Shown: positions 1-9,339 of the stretch, piece by piece | How the letters are laid out: the number at the start of each line of letters is the position of its first letter | How positions within the stretch are numbered: the stretch's first letter is position 1 | Source of the DNA: Alphaproteobacteria bacterium | GTDB taxonomy: Bacteria; Pseudomonadota; Alphaproteobacteria; UBA2966 | NCBI GenBank assembly: GCA_964291395.2 | Contig: OZ219856.1 | Coordinates: forward strand, 1,664,001-1,728,000 | DNA: 64,000 nt | Reading direction: 5' to 3' | Program-made: the position numbers and the translations under genes | The notes under the pieces: generated by a model | Told to the model about the DNA's origin: nothing | The model's database searches: none | Seen by the model: only the letters and a program-made list of their open reading frames with translations

Positions 1-1066
1 GCGCGACGCTTGCCACATAGGCGAAGGTATCCCGCTCCTCGTAGATCTTCTGTGTCTCCAGGGCGACGGCCGCGCAGGCGGGATGTCCCGTATAGGTGAA
101 GCCGTGTCCGAACAGTCCGATCTCGGAGCTCTGCCGGCGCAGACCCTGATAGATCTTCTCGTTGAACATCACCGCGGCGATGGGCAGGTATCCCGCCGAG
201 ATCGCCTTGGCCATGGTGACCATGTCGGGGTTCAGATCGTAGGTCTGCGATCCCCACATGTTGCCGGTGCGGCCGAATCCGCAGATCACTTCGTCCGCGA
301 TGAAGAGGATGTCGTACTTCTTCAAGAGCGGCTGCACCTTGTCGAAGTAGGTCGCGGGCGGCGGAACGACGCCGCCAGCGCCCATCACGGGTTCGGCTAT
401 GAACGCCGCGACGGTCTCCGGCCCCTCCTCGAGGATCTGCTTCTCGAGATTGTCCACCATGCGCGTGGCGAACTCCTCTTCCGACTCCCCCTCTTCGCCG
501 AAGCGGTAGTAGTGCGGGCAATCCGTCTGCATGAGGTTGGGAATGGGCACGTCGAAGCCCGCCTGCACCGCCTTCAGTCCGGTGAGACTGGACGACGCCA
601 CGGTGACGCCGTGATAGCCGTTGCGCCGCGAGATGATCTTCTTCTTTTCCGGCTTGCCGATCGCGTTGTGGTAGTACCAGACGATCTTGATCGCGGTATC
701 CACCGCCTCCGACCCCGAGCAGGTGAAGAAGATCTTCGACATGGGCGCCGGGGCGTTCCCGATGATCCGCTCGGCGAGCTCGATGGCGGGGCCCGTCGAG
801 CGGTGGGAAAACGTGTGATAGACGGGCAATTCCGTCATCTGCGCCGCCGCGGCCTTGACGAGGCGCTCCTCCGAGAACCCCAGAGAAGCGTACCAGAGGC
901 CTGCCAGACCCTCTATGAACTTCTTGCCGTCGTCGTCGTAAACGTAGATGCCGTCGCCGCGCTGGATGATCTGCGGGCCCGAATCCTCATGCGCCGAAGG
1001 GTCGGTGTAGGGGTGCATGACATAGGCGATGTCTTTGGTCGCCGGTGAATTCGGTCGGACGGCCAT
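1..1066 (-). CDS. Class-III PLP aminotransferase (omega-amino acid/polyamine:pyruvate type); 3' end lies outside the window
   Basis: Manual minus-strand translation: MAVRPNSPATKDIAYVMHPYTD...GLAGLW...SGSEAVD...GYHG...FIAEPVMGAGG...FIADEVICGFGRTG...TMAK. Absent from the ORF track because there is no stop in the window. Confidence 0.92.
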   Translation of the reverse strand, partial: MAVRPNSPATKDIAYVMHPYTDPSAHEDSGPQIIQRGDGIYVYDDDGKKFIEGLAGLWYASLGFSEERLVKAAAAQMTELPVYHTFSHRSTGPAIELAERIIGNAPAPMSKIFFTCSGSEAVDTAIKIVWYYHNAIGKPEKKKIISRRNGYHGVTVASSSLTGLKAVQAGFDVPIPNLMQTDCPHYYRFGEEGESEEEFATRMVDNLEKQILEEGPETVAAFIAEPVMGAGGVVPPPATYFDKVQPLLKKYDILFIADEVICGFGRTGNMWGSQTYDLNPDMVTMAKAISAGYLPIAAVMFNEKIYQGLRRQSSEIGLFGHGFTYTGHPACAAVALETQKIYEERDTFAYVASVA

Positions 1067-1107
1067 GATCGGGACTCCTTGATTTGCCTTCGGGGCGCGC
1101 GCCGGAA

Positions 1108-1211
1108 CCGAATGGCGGGGCGTCGCTGCGCGGGATCGGCAAAACGCTATCGTCGGCGCAAGAAAGAAAGCCCCGAATGGCGGGGTGTCGCTGCGCGGAT
1201 CGGCAAAACGC
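1108..1211. repeat. Imperfect ~40-bp direct repeat, 2 copies (1108-1147 and 1173-1211)
   Basis: CCGAATGGCGGGG(C/T)GTCGCTGCGCGG(G)ATCGGCAAAACGC occurs twice in the intergenic region. Confidence 0.85.
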
Positions 1212-1286
1212 AAGAAATGCCGAACGATCCGGCCGGCGTCGGCGACGGCGTGCGGCGGGGCCGGGCCCGCGTTCGCGCACCGGCCC

Positions 1287-2846
1287 TCAGTCCTCCCGGG
1301 TGATCCGCCCCTCTATCGCCGGCGAGACCACGCCGGCCGCGATGACGTGGTCTATCAACTGCCCGGCCATCAGGCCGCCGGACGTGGAGTCGATCAGCAC
1401 CTCGCCCGACCGGAACACGGCATAGCCGTCTCCCCCGCGCGCCAGGAAGTCGTTGGTCGCGAGCGTGTACGTCCTGCCGGCGTCCAGCGCCGCGCCGCCG
1501 ACCGTGACCCCGGTGACGCGCGAGCCGGCCGGCCTCCGAGCGTCGAACGAGAAAGCGAGGCCCGAGACATGCGGAAACCGCGCTGTGCCTCGCCCCGACT
1601 GATCGAACCGGCTGAACTGACGGACGCCGTTCTCCAGCGCCTGCCTGAGCTGGGCGCCCGTGAGGCGCAGCTTCACCGTCCTGTTGCCGAACGGCAGCTC
1701 GGTCAGCAACAGCTTTCGGGTGATCTTGGTGCCCGGCGGGTACGTCGTATCGCCCCGGATGCCTCCGCCATTGGTCAACGCGACGTCGCTTCCCGTGGCC
1801 GCCCGCATGGCGTCGGCCAACAGGTTGCCGAACGCGGTTTCTCCCGAACGCACCGAACCACGTCGGGTATCGATCTCCGTCGCGCTTTCGCCGATCACGG
1901 CCCCCAGGTCCCGGTCTAGACGTTCCTGGTAGCGCCTGACCTCGGCGGCGATCGCGGCATCCCCCGCGACACCGGACGTCGAACGGAGACGGTAGCTCGG
2001 ACTCCAGACCGTCTTCGACACCCCCGCGCGGCTCTTTCTGCGGTCGATCTCGAGGTCGAGGACGCCGACATGACGCCCCTGGGACCCGGCTTTCATGACG
2101 GCCTGACGGCCGTCGTACCAGGCGATCAGCAGATGATCGTGACCGCCGAGCACGATGTCGATCTCCTTCACCGCCTCCAGCAACGCCAGATCGTCGGCAA
2201 GCCCGCTATGGGTCAGCGCGACGACCAGATCCGCGCCCGCCTCCTTCAGTTCCCTCGCCAGGGCGGCACCCGCCTCGGCGATGGGCGCGAACGACACGTC
2301 CTCGCCCGGACTCGAGATCTCGGCGGTTTCCGGCGTGAGCAGGCCGAGGAAACCGATCTTGTAGCCGTCCCTCTCCACCATCATCGTGGCGCGGGTTCCG
2401 GGGAAGCCGGCCTCGCCTCTGTAACGGACGTTGCCCGCCAGCCAGGTGATGCCGGATTCCGACAGCCGTTCCCGCAAGACGTCCGGACCGAAGTCGAATT
2501 CGTGGTTCCCGAGGACCGCGACGTCGAATCCGATGGCGTCGGCCAGGGCGATCATGTGCGCGCCCTTGTCGATCCCCGACAGCAGGGAAGGCGAAATCAT
2601 GTCGCCGCCGAAGGTGACGATGGCGGAACCTCCTCCGGACTCCGCCCGGGCGCGTTCCTCAGACACCACCGCGGCGATCCTCGCGGCGCCGCCCCGGCCG
2701 TCTCTGCCGGCCATCCGGTCCCAGTCGTTCACGTGAACGATCGTCAGGGAGGCCGGCTCGGCCATGCCGGAGAGCGGCACGACGCCCAGGGCGACGAAGA
2801 TCGCCGTCGCGATCGACAGGTTCCTCAAGCTGCGGCCTCCGTGCAT
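1287..2846 (-). CDS. Periplasmic 5'-nucleotidase / UDP-sugar hydrolase family metallophosphoesterase
   Basis: Signal peptide; GGD, LGNHEFDFG, THSG, GGHDH and NGGGIRG motifs; C-terminal nucleotidase domain (LPFGN, TNDFLARGGDGY). Confidence 0.92.
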   Translation of the reverse strand: MHGGRSLRNLSIATAIFVALGVVPLSGMAEPASLTIVHVNDWDRMAGRDGRGGAARIAAVVSEERARAESGGGSAIVTFGGDMISPSLLSGIDKGAHMIALADAIGFDVAVLGNHEFDFGPDVLRERLSESGITWLAGNVRYRGEAGFPGTRATMMVERDGYKIGFLGLLTPETAEISSPGEDVSFAPIAEAGAALARELKEAGADLVVALTHSGLADDLALLEAVKEIDIVLGGHDHLLIAWYDGRQAVMKAGSQGRHVGVLDLEIDRRKSRAGVSKTVWSPSYRLRSTSGVAGDAAIAAEVRRYQERLDRDLGAVIGESATEIDTRRGSVRSGETAFGNLLADAMRAATGSDVALTNGGGIRGDTTYPPGTKITRKLLLTELPFGNRTVKLRLTGAQLRQALENGVRQFSRFDQSGRGTARFPHVSGLAFSFDARRPAGSRVTGVTVGGAALDAGRTYTLATNDFLARGGDGYAVFRSGEVLIDSTSGGLMAGQLIDHVIAAGVVSPAIEGRITRED

Positions 2847-3041
2847 GCGTCGCTCCCCGTCTCCCGAGGTTCGATGCCGTTTTCCGTTTCATGGCCCGCG
2901 ATGCCAGGAAACGGCACGGCGGATCGGCCATCATACGGGCCGGGCGAGGCGGATGGGAGAGGCCGGAGCGCTGGACACCGCGCCGCCGCGGCGTCAGGTT
3001 TGTCGCCGAGAACAGGGGCAGCCGCAGGAAGCCTTCCCGCC

Positions 3042-4034
3042 ATGATCAAGATCGGTTTCACCCTCATCAACCACTTCACGCCCGGCACCGACGTCAATCA
3101 CGAGCTTCCGCTGATGCTGGAGCAGGTTCGCGCGGCCCGGGACTCGGGCCTTCATTCGCTCTGGCTCGGCCAGCATTTCCTCATGGGGGACGTACCCTAT
3201 TTCGCGTACACGCCCCTGATGGCGCGGTTGATTCCCGAGGCCGGAGACATGATGGTCGGGCCGTGCATTCAGCTTCTGCCTCTCTACAACCCCGTCGCCG
3301 TCGCGGAAGAGGCGGCCACGCTCGACGTCCTGTCCGGCGGCCGTTACGTGCTCGGCGTGGGCCTCGGTTACCGGCCGGAAGAATGCGACGCCTTCGGGAT
3401 CGGCTGGAGGGAACGCGCCGGACGCCTGTCGGAGGGTGTCGAGGTCATCCGCAGGCTCTGGTCCGAGGAGACGATCGACCACGACGGCCGTTTCTACACG
3501 ATCGCCGGACAAGGGACGAGCCTGAAACCCGTCCAGAAACCCGGACCGCCCATCTGGGTGGCCGCGGTCGCGGAGCCCGCGATCAGGCGGGCGGCCCGCA
3601 TCGGCGACGGCTGGGTCATCCTCGTCACGGTGTCCTTCGAGGAGCTCAGGGATCAAATCCCCATGTATCTGGAGGCCGTTCGGGACTCCGGCAAACCCGC
3701 TCCGCCCGACATACCGATCACGCGCGAGATTCACATCGCCGAACGGCACGCCGACGCGTGGGGCGAATGCCGCGACGGCCTCGCCCGCAAATACGGCATC
3801 TACGCCTCGCTCGGCCTCAACTCGTCGGAAGGCGCCGGCGGTTCCCTGGAAGACTTCGCCCGGGACCGTTTCTTCATCGGGGACAAGGAGTCCGTCAAGG
3901 ACGAGATTCTGCGTTACAACGAGGAGCTCGGCGTGACTCACTTCATCACGCGGATTCAGTGGCCCGGCCACGATCACGGGACGACGATGAAATGCCTGCG
4001 CCGGCTGGGGGAGATCGCGGCCGAGATCAACTGA
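3042..4034 (+). CDS. LLM-class flavin-dependent oxidoreductase (luciferase-like monooxygenase)
   Basis: C-terminal part of ORF 2070..4034 from ATG 3042: PVAVAEEAATLDVLSGGRYVLGVGLGYR, PVQKPGPPIW, RRAARIGDGW. Confidence 0.9.
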   Translation: MIKIGFTLINHFTPGTDVNHELPLMLEQVRAARDSGLHSLWLGQHFLMGDVPYFAYTPLMARLIPEAGDMMVGPCIQLLPLYNPVAVAEEAATLDVLSGGRYVLGVGLGYRPEECDAFGIGWRERAGRLSEGVEVIRRLWSEETIDHDGRFYTIAGQGTSLKPVQKPGPPIWVAAVAEPAIRRAARIGDGWVILVTVSFEELRDQIPMYLEAVRDSGKPAPPDIPITREIHIAERHADAWGECRDGLARKYGIYASLGLNSSEGAGGSLEDFARDRFFIGDKESVKDEILRYNEELGVTHFITRIQWPGHDHGTTMKCLRRLGEIAAEIN

Positions 4035-4075
4035 CGCCGAGCGCGCTCCCGACGGGAATCTGGTGGGAGGAACCA

Positions 4076-4498
4076 ATGACCGTACCCTTTGAAGGCGGCT
4101 GCCTGTGCGGCGCCGTCCGCTACCGCGTCACCATGGAACCGCTCGGAGTGGTGATCTGCCATTGCACGAACTGTCAGAAACAGACGGCGTCAGACCGTTC
4201 TCCCGTCATGTGGGTTCCCGCCGAGGGTCTCGAGTTCATCGAGGGAGAAACCCGGACCCTGCGCGTCCAGGGAGCGACGGGCAACATGCAAAGCCGCCAT
4301 TTCTGCGGCGACTGTGGTTCGCCGATCATGACGCAACCCGACGCCCGCCCCGAAATTCGAACGATCAAGGCGGGCACCATCGACGACCCGAGCTGGCTCG
4401 AGCCGTCCGCCCATATCTGGGTCGCGAGCGCCCCGCCCTACGCCCTCATCGACGACGAGCTGCCGCAGCATCCCGGCAACCCGCCGAGCATCGGCTGA
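4076..4498 (+). CDS. GFA family (Mss4/CENP-V-like) zinc protein
   Basis: GGAGG RBS; GGCLCGAVRY, CHCTNCQK and RHFCGDCGSP motifs. Confidence 0.92.
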   Translation: MTVPFEGGCLCGAVRYRVTMEPLGVVICHCTNCQKQTASDRSPVMWVPAEGLEFIEGETRTLRVQGATGNMQSRHFCGDCGSPIMTQPDARPEIRTIKAGTIDDPSWLEPSAHIWVASAPPYALIDDELPQHPGNPPSIG

Positions 4499-4570
4499 GG
4501 CTTGCGCGCCGACGCGCGCCCGCCGGGCACATGGTCCATGTTGGACCATACTTGCTCGCTTGGAGGAGAC

Positions 4571-4640
4571 ATGGCCGGTCGTCATGCCGAACCCCGCCGG
4601 GTGTGGACCGTCTCTCAGGCCAAGGCGCGCCTGTCCGGGG
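4571..4640 (+). pseudogene. 5' fragment of a Phd/YefM (prevent-host-death) antitoxin
   Basis: GGAGGAG RBS then MAGRHAEPRRVWTVSQAKARLS, a Phd-like N-terminus; similarity ends abruptly. Confidence 0.6.
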
Positions 4641-4744
4641 GCTATCCTTGGAACCCCTGTGGCCATGCTTGGCACGACAAAATTTCTTACTGGCATTTGC
4701 CAAACGATGGTTCGGCGCGGATTTCCGAGTCAGCCTCACTAACC

Positions 4745-5002
4745 CTACCGTCGGTAGGCGTCGCGCCGGTGCGCGACGCGAACCGCCAGAACCACAAGTT
4801 CATCGTCCCGGATTTCGTACACGACGCGGTAGTCCCCTACCCGGATCCGCCGCAGACCCCGCAGGTCGCCCTTCAGCGCGGCACCGAGATGAGGAGTCTC
4901 GGCCAGCCGGTCAATGGCGGAAACGATGCGCGTGCGCTCCGGCCTGGCCACGCGCCTCAGCTCCTTGGCTGCGCTCTCCTTAATCCGTATCGAGAAGCTC
5001 AC
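4745..5002 (-). CDS. RelE/ParE family toxin
   Basis: GTG start overlapping the antitoxin end; SAAKELRRV...LKGDLRGLRRIRVGDYRVVYEI...VAHRRDAYR. Confidence 0.92.
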   Translation of the reverse strand: MSFSIRIKESAAKELRRVARPERTRIVSAIDRLAETPHLGAALKGDLRGLRRIRVGDYRVVYEIRDDELVVLAVRVAHRRDAYRR

Positions 5003-5204
5003 GTCGGACCTCGTCCCAGTCCAGCACCGGATCCGTGGGATCGCGGAGCCGGTCGATGGCGACGGAGAGATCGTCGAAGTCCTCGAGATAGTGCTCGACG
5101 GCGAGGCGGATGACGTCCGCCCGGCTGCGCCGGAGCTGTTGCGCGGCCGTATCCAGCGCATCGACCACCGGGTCCGGCAATCGCGCTGTCACTTGTTGGG
5201 GCAT
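4980..5204 (-). CDS. CopG/ribbon-helix-helix antitoxin (RelB-like)
   Basis: VTARLPDPVVDALD...RRSRADVIRLAVEHYLEDFDDL; immediately upstream of the RelE gene. Confidence 0.88.
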   Translation of the reverse strand: MPQQVTARLPDPVVDALDTAAQQLRRSRADVIRLAVEHYLEDFDDLSVAIDRLRDPTDPVLDWDEVRRELLDTD

Positions 5205-5470
5205 GGTAGTTCCAGCCTGGGTAGAAGTGAGTGACATTAATCTACTTCACTCCAAAACGTGCTGGCAAGCTCGCTCCATCTTGTGATCGGCGCCATGCGA
5301 AACATCCGCGCCGGTGTCACTCGCTATGGCGAGTAGTCCGTCGTCTTGTCAACGCCCGGCTCAGGAAATCGGTGTACCCATGCACGAATCTTGCGACCGA
5401 ACCTGTGGTACGCAGGTCCCGTGGAAAACACCCGAGGAAATTTCCGAGATGTCGTGGCAGCGTGCGAAGG

Positions 5471-6226
5471 TCAGTGCGAGAACCGCTTCATGCCGCCGTC
5501 GACGTACATCACCGAGCCCGAGATCATGCGGGCCTTGGGCGAGGCGACGAAGGCGACGAGATTGCCGATATCCTCGGGATCGCCGAACTCGCCCGCCGGA
5601 ATGTGCTGTGCCGCGAAGGCGAGTTCGTCCTCCACCGTCGGGTACCCGCGCTCGTTCTGCTCCGAATGGATGCGCCCGGGGACGATGCAGTTCGACGTCA
5701 CCCCGTCCTTGGAATGCTCGCGCGACAGGCCCTTCGACCAGGCCTGCACGGCCGCCTTGGCGCACGTGGCCGCGTTGATCCCGAAAGGCTCCATGGTTCC
5801 CGTGATGTTGATGACGCGGCCGTACTTGCGCTCGATCATGCCCGGGACGAATTGATCCGAGACGCGCCGGACCGCCCCCCAGTTCAGGTTCATGGTATCG
5901 ATCCACACCCGTTCCTCGGTGCCGACCGGCGCCGGAACGGCGAAGCCCGCGTTGTTCACCAGGATGTCGAGCCGGCCGTATGCGTCGTCGACGGCCCTCT
6001 TGAGGTTCGCTGCCGCGTCGTCGGTCATGATGTCCTGCATGATCACCAGCGGCCGCGGATGGCCGGCCGCCTCGATCTCGTCGGCGACTCCGTCGAGAAG
6101 CTCTTCCCGCCTGGCGGTGATGGCCATCCGGCATCCCTCCGACGCCAGCACCTTCGCCGTGCCTTCTCCGATGCCGACGCTCGCGCCCGTGACGAGCGCC
6201 ACCCGATCCTTCAGTTGCAGGTCCAT
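5471..6226 (-). CDS. SDR family oxidoreductase
   Basis: VALVTGASVGIG, LDILVNNAG, C-terminal YVDGG. Confidence 0.92.
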   Translation of the reverse strand: MDLQLKDRVALVTGASVGIGEGTAKVLASEGCRMAITARREELLDGVADEIEAAGHPRPLVIMQDIMTDDAAANLKRAVDDAYGRLDILVNNAGFAVPAPVGTEERVWIDTMNLNWGAVRRVSDQFVPGMIERKYGRVINITGTMEPFGINAATCAKAAVQAWSKGLSREHSKDGVTSNCIVPGRIHSEQNERGYPTVEDELAFAAQHIPAGEFGDPEDIGNLVAFVASPKARMISGSVMYVDGGMKRFSH

Positions 6227-6468
6227 CTGATGTCTCTCCCTTCGTTTCGCGCCGTCTCGCGGCGAGGCTCCCGTCAAGAGTCCCGGCGGTGCCGGCGACC
6301 CATCGGTCCGTGTGTCGGTTGGGGAAAAGGGGTGCTTCCTCGTGACGAACGTTCAGCTTCGAGAAGGAGCACCCCCGTGCCGCGGTCTGTGACGACCGGG
6401 AGTTTACCAACGGCCTTCGAGGCCGTGAAGGCGAGGCGGCACGCGTCGGACGATCGAAACGGGCACCC

Positions 6469-8271
6469 TCACGCGACGAGACGGTGCCCGCGGGCCAGCG
6501 ACTCGGGAACGGCGATTTCGATGTCCAGCAGCATCTGCGCAAAGGCCTTGGCCTGCGGGTCCATGCGCAACGAGGCGATGCCCCCGCCGCCCAGCGCCTC
6601 GTGCAGCATGAAATTGAACGCCTGGATGCCCGGCAGCTCGTACCGCCGGACCGGGCCGTCCAGCACGTGTCCGAAATACTTCGCGACGGCGTCTTCCGTC
6701 AGGCGGGCGCGAAGCACGGGAACGAAATCGGGATGGCGGGCGATCACCCCGATGTTGGCGCTGTCGCCCTTGTCGCCGCTTCGTGCCAGGGCGAGCTTGA
6801 CCAGGGGCACGGGAATCGAGGGCTCCGACGGGTCGGGCAGATCCGCGCCTCCGGCCGGCGGGCGGGGTTCGGGCCGTTCGGCCGGCAGGGACGGGACATG
6901 CGCCGGGATCTCGATCGTCTTCCCGCCCGCGGCGACGGAGGCCGGGACCAGGCCCTTGTCGATCAGGAACGAATGCAGCCGCACCACCGGCGAGACGCGC
7001 GGCCGCCCCCCGAAGATTCCGGTCACGCCCGGCGCCATTCCCGTGACAGCGGGCGCGATCTCGCGCGCGAAGATCTCGGCGGCCTCCCGCGAATCGTGGT
7101 GGACGGCGATCTTGACCATGACCTCGCGCGTGCCCCGCGCGCGGGCATGGGCGCCGTACGTGGCTTCGGCGCCGAGGATCTCGACGTCGGTGTCGCGGTA
7201 GTCGCCGAGGTTGCTCTCGCGAAACAGGCGGCGCGTGCGCCGGAGGATCGCGTCGGCGACGGCATCGCCCTTGAGCCTGGCGTCGATCCCCCCGATCATG
7301 AACAGGGCCGTCGCCCGATATCCGTCCATGTGGGTCGCGTTGACCTTGTAGGTCGGCGTGGCCCCGAGCCCCCTGGCGCCCGTCACCCGCACCCTGTCCG
7401 GCCCGACGTCCTCGAACGTGACGCCGGTGAAATCGCAGACGACGTCCGGCAGGACGTAGTTGGCGGGATCTCCCAGCTCGTAGAGCATCTGCTCGCCGAC
7501 CGTGCCGCGGCTGACCAGCCCGCCGGTGCCCTCCGGCTTGGACACCGTGAAACTGCCGTCCGGTTCGCAGTCGATGAACGGGAAGCCGATATCGTGCCAG
7601 CCGTCGGCCGCCAGGCGCCAATCGGTGAAGTTCCCGCCGGTGGCCTGGGCCCCGCATTCGACGATGTGGCCGGCGAGGCTGCCCGCGGCGAGCCGGTCGT
7701 AGTCGTCGTCCGCCCAGCCGAATTCGTGCATCAGCGGCCCCAGCACGACCGCCGAGTCGGCGCATTTGCCCGTGATCACGATCCGCGCCCCGGCGCCCAG
7801 CGCCTCGGCGATGGGCCGGCCCCCGAGGTAGGCGTTGAGGCTTTGGGTGTCATCGGGGAACGGCGCCCCCGTGAACATCTCGCTCTTGTCGATGTCCCGG
7901 AGGTCGCCCAGTCTCGGCATCAGGTCGTCGCCCGTGACCACCGCGATGTCGATATCGATGCCCGCATCCGACGCCATCCTGGCGACCGCGTCCCGGCACG
8001 CCTGCGGATTGACCCCCCCGGCGTTGCTGACGACCTTGACGTCGTTCGCCACGACGTCGGCGAGGATGTCCGCCATGACGGGATCGACGAAGTCGACGGC
8101 ATACCCCAGGTCCGGATCGCGGCGCCGCGCCCGTGCCAGGAGAGACATGGTGACCTCGGCGAGGTAGTCGAACACCAGGTAATCGACATCACCCCGGCGC
8201 ACCAGTTGCCTGGGGGCGCTCGGCGTGTCGCCCCAGAACCCGGCGCCGCAGCCGATTCTGACGGTTTTCAC
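6469..8271 (-). CDS. atuA: Acyclic terpene utilization AtuA family protein (DUF1446)
   Basis: VRIGCGAGFWGD, DYLAEVTMS, GHIVECGAQATGGNF, ARSGDKGD, DPQAK motifs. Confidence 0.88.
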   Translation of the reverse strand: MKTVRIGCGAGFWGDTPSAPRQLVRRGDVDYLVFDYLAEVTMSLLARARRRDPDLGYAVDFVDPVMADILADVVANDVKVVSNAGGVNPQACRDAVARMASDAGIDIDIAVVTGDDLMPRLGDLRDIDKSEMFTGAPFPDDTQSLNAYLGGRPIAEALGAGARIVITGKCADSAVVLGPLMHEFGWADDDYDRLAAGSLAGHIVECGAQATGGNFTDWRLAADGWHDIGFPFIDCEPDGSFTVSKPEGTGGLVSRGTVGEQMLYELGDPANYVLPDVVCDFTGVTFEDVGPDRVRVTGARGLGATPTYKVNATHMDGYRATALFMIGGIDARLKGDAVADAILRRTRRLFRESNLGDYRDTDVEILGAEATYGAHARARGTREVMVKIAVHHDSREAAEIFAREIAPAVTGMAPGVTGIFGGRPRVSPVVRLHSFLIDKGLVPASVAAGGKTIEIPAHVPSLPAERPEPRPPAGGADLPDPSEPSIPVPLVKLALARSGDKGDSANIGVIARHPDFVPVLRARLTEDAVAKYFGHVLDGPVRRYELPGIQAFNFMLHEALGGGGIASLRMDPQAKAFAQMLLDIEIAVPESLARGHRLVA

Positions 8272-8288
8272 GGGCCGCTCCTTCCGGT

Positions 8289-9080
8289 TCACCGGCCCGG
8301 CCAGTCCGGGTCGCGCTTTTCCTGGAATGCCGCGAAACCTTCCCGCGCGTCCTCGGTCATGGACATGCGGGCGACGTTGGCCTCGGCGAAGGCGAACGCC
8401 TGCTGCAGCGGCATGTCCTGCAGGGCGTGCACGCCGTTCTTGCCGTGCCGCAAGGCCGTGGGGGATTGCTTCAGGATCCGGTCGAGCAGCCAGTCCACCT
8501 TCTCGTCCAATCGGTCGGCCGGGACCACGTGATTGACCAGCCCCATCGCCAAAGCCTCCTGCGCCGTGAACGGATCGCCGGTCAGGCACATCTCCATCAG
8601 CTTGCGCCGGGGGACCAGCCGCAGCATGTAGCCCAGGATCTGCATCGGGAACAGGCCGATCTTCACTTCCGGCACGCCGAATTTGGCGGTGTCCGCGGCG
8701 ACCGCCAGGTCGCATCCGCACAACAGCCCCATGCCGCCCGCCAGAACGTGCCCGTTGACCCGGGCGAGCATCGGCAGGTTGCAGGCCTCGAACGCCCGAA
8801 AGACCTGGGTCAGGGCGTTGTGAGGCGCCGCCATGTCCGGCTTGACCGGAGACGCGGAGCCCTCCGCCTTGATATCGGCGCCCGCGCAAAAAGCCCGGTC
8901 CCCGGCCCCCGTGAGGACGATCGCGCGGAGGCCCGGATCGTCGTTCGCCTCGAGAACGGCGGTCCGGATGCGCTGCAGAACGCCCTCGTTGATGGCGTTG
9001 CGGCTTTCCGGCCGATTGATCGTGATCCAGCGCACGTCGCCGCGGCGCTCGACCAGAAGCTCGTGGTCTTCATTCGACAT
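8289..9080 (-). CDS. Enoyl-CoA hydratase/isomerase
   Basis: ITINRPESRNA, AFCAGADI, LAGGMGL, FGVPEVKIGL, EGFAAFQEKR. Confidence 0.92.
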   Translation of the reverse strand: MSNEDHELLVERRGDVRWITINRPESRNAINEGVLQRIRTAVLEANDDPGLRAIVLTGAGDRAFCAGADIKAEGSASPVKPDMAAPHNALTQVFRAFEACNLPMLARVNGHVLAGGMGLLCGCDLAVAADTAKFGVPEVKIGLFPMQILGYMLRLVPRRKLMEMCLTGDPFTAQEALAMGLVNHVVPADRLDEKVDWLLDRILKQSPTALRHGKNGVHALQDMPLQQAFAFAEANVARMSMTEDAREGFAAFQEKRDPDWPGR

Positions 9081-9339
9081 GATGGGATCGCTCCGGACTA
9101 TCGATGACGGGTGGATTCGTCCGGTTTTCATAGCACATCGGGCGGCCGCTTCCGTCGCGGCCGTCGGGTCGGCGGGGAAGCGGCGGCGGCCCGTCGGCCC
9201 CCGGGCGACGCATATTTGGGTTTCCATCCATTGACGCGGCGGCGCCGAGTCGCCATACAGGTTTCCTGACCGCCGAACGATCGACCGATTCGGCGGACGA
9301 GAAGAAGCACATCGAGCCGCCCGGGGGCCGGTTTACGTC

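Noticed and set aside
83-1048. 321-aa plus-strand ORF
   Set aside because: Antisense shadow of the minus-strand class-III aminotransferase.
2070-4498. Long N-terminal extensions on the LLM (654 aa) and GFA (535 aa) ORFs
   Set aside because: Homology begins at downstream ATGs (3042 and 4076); the extensions overlap other genes.
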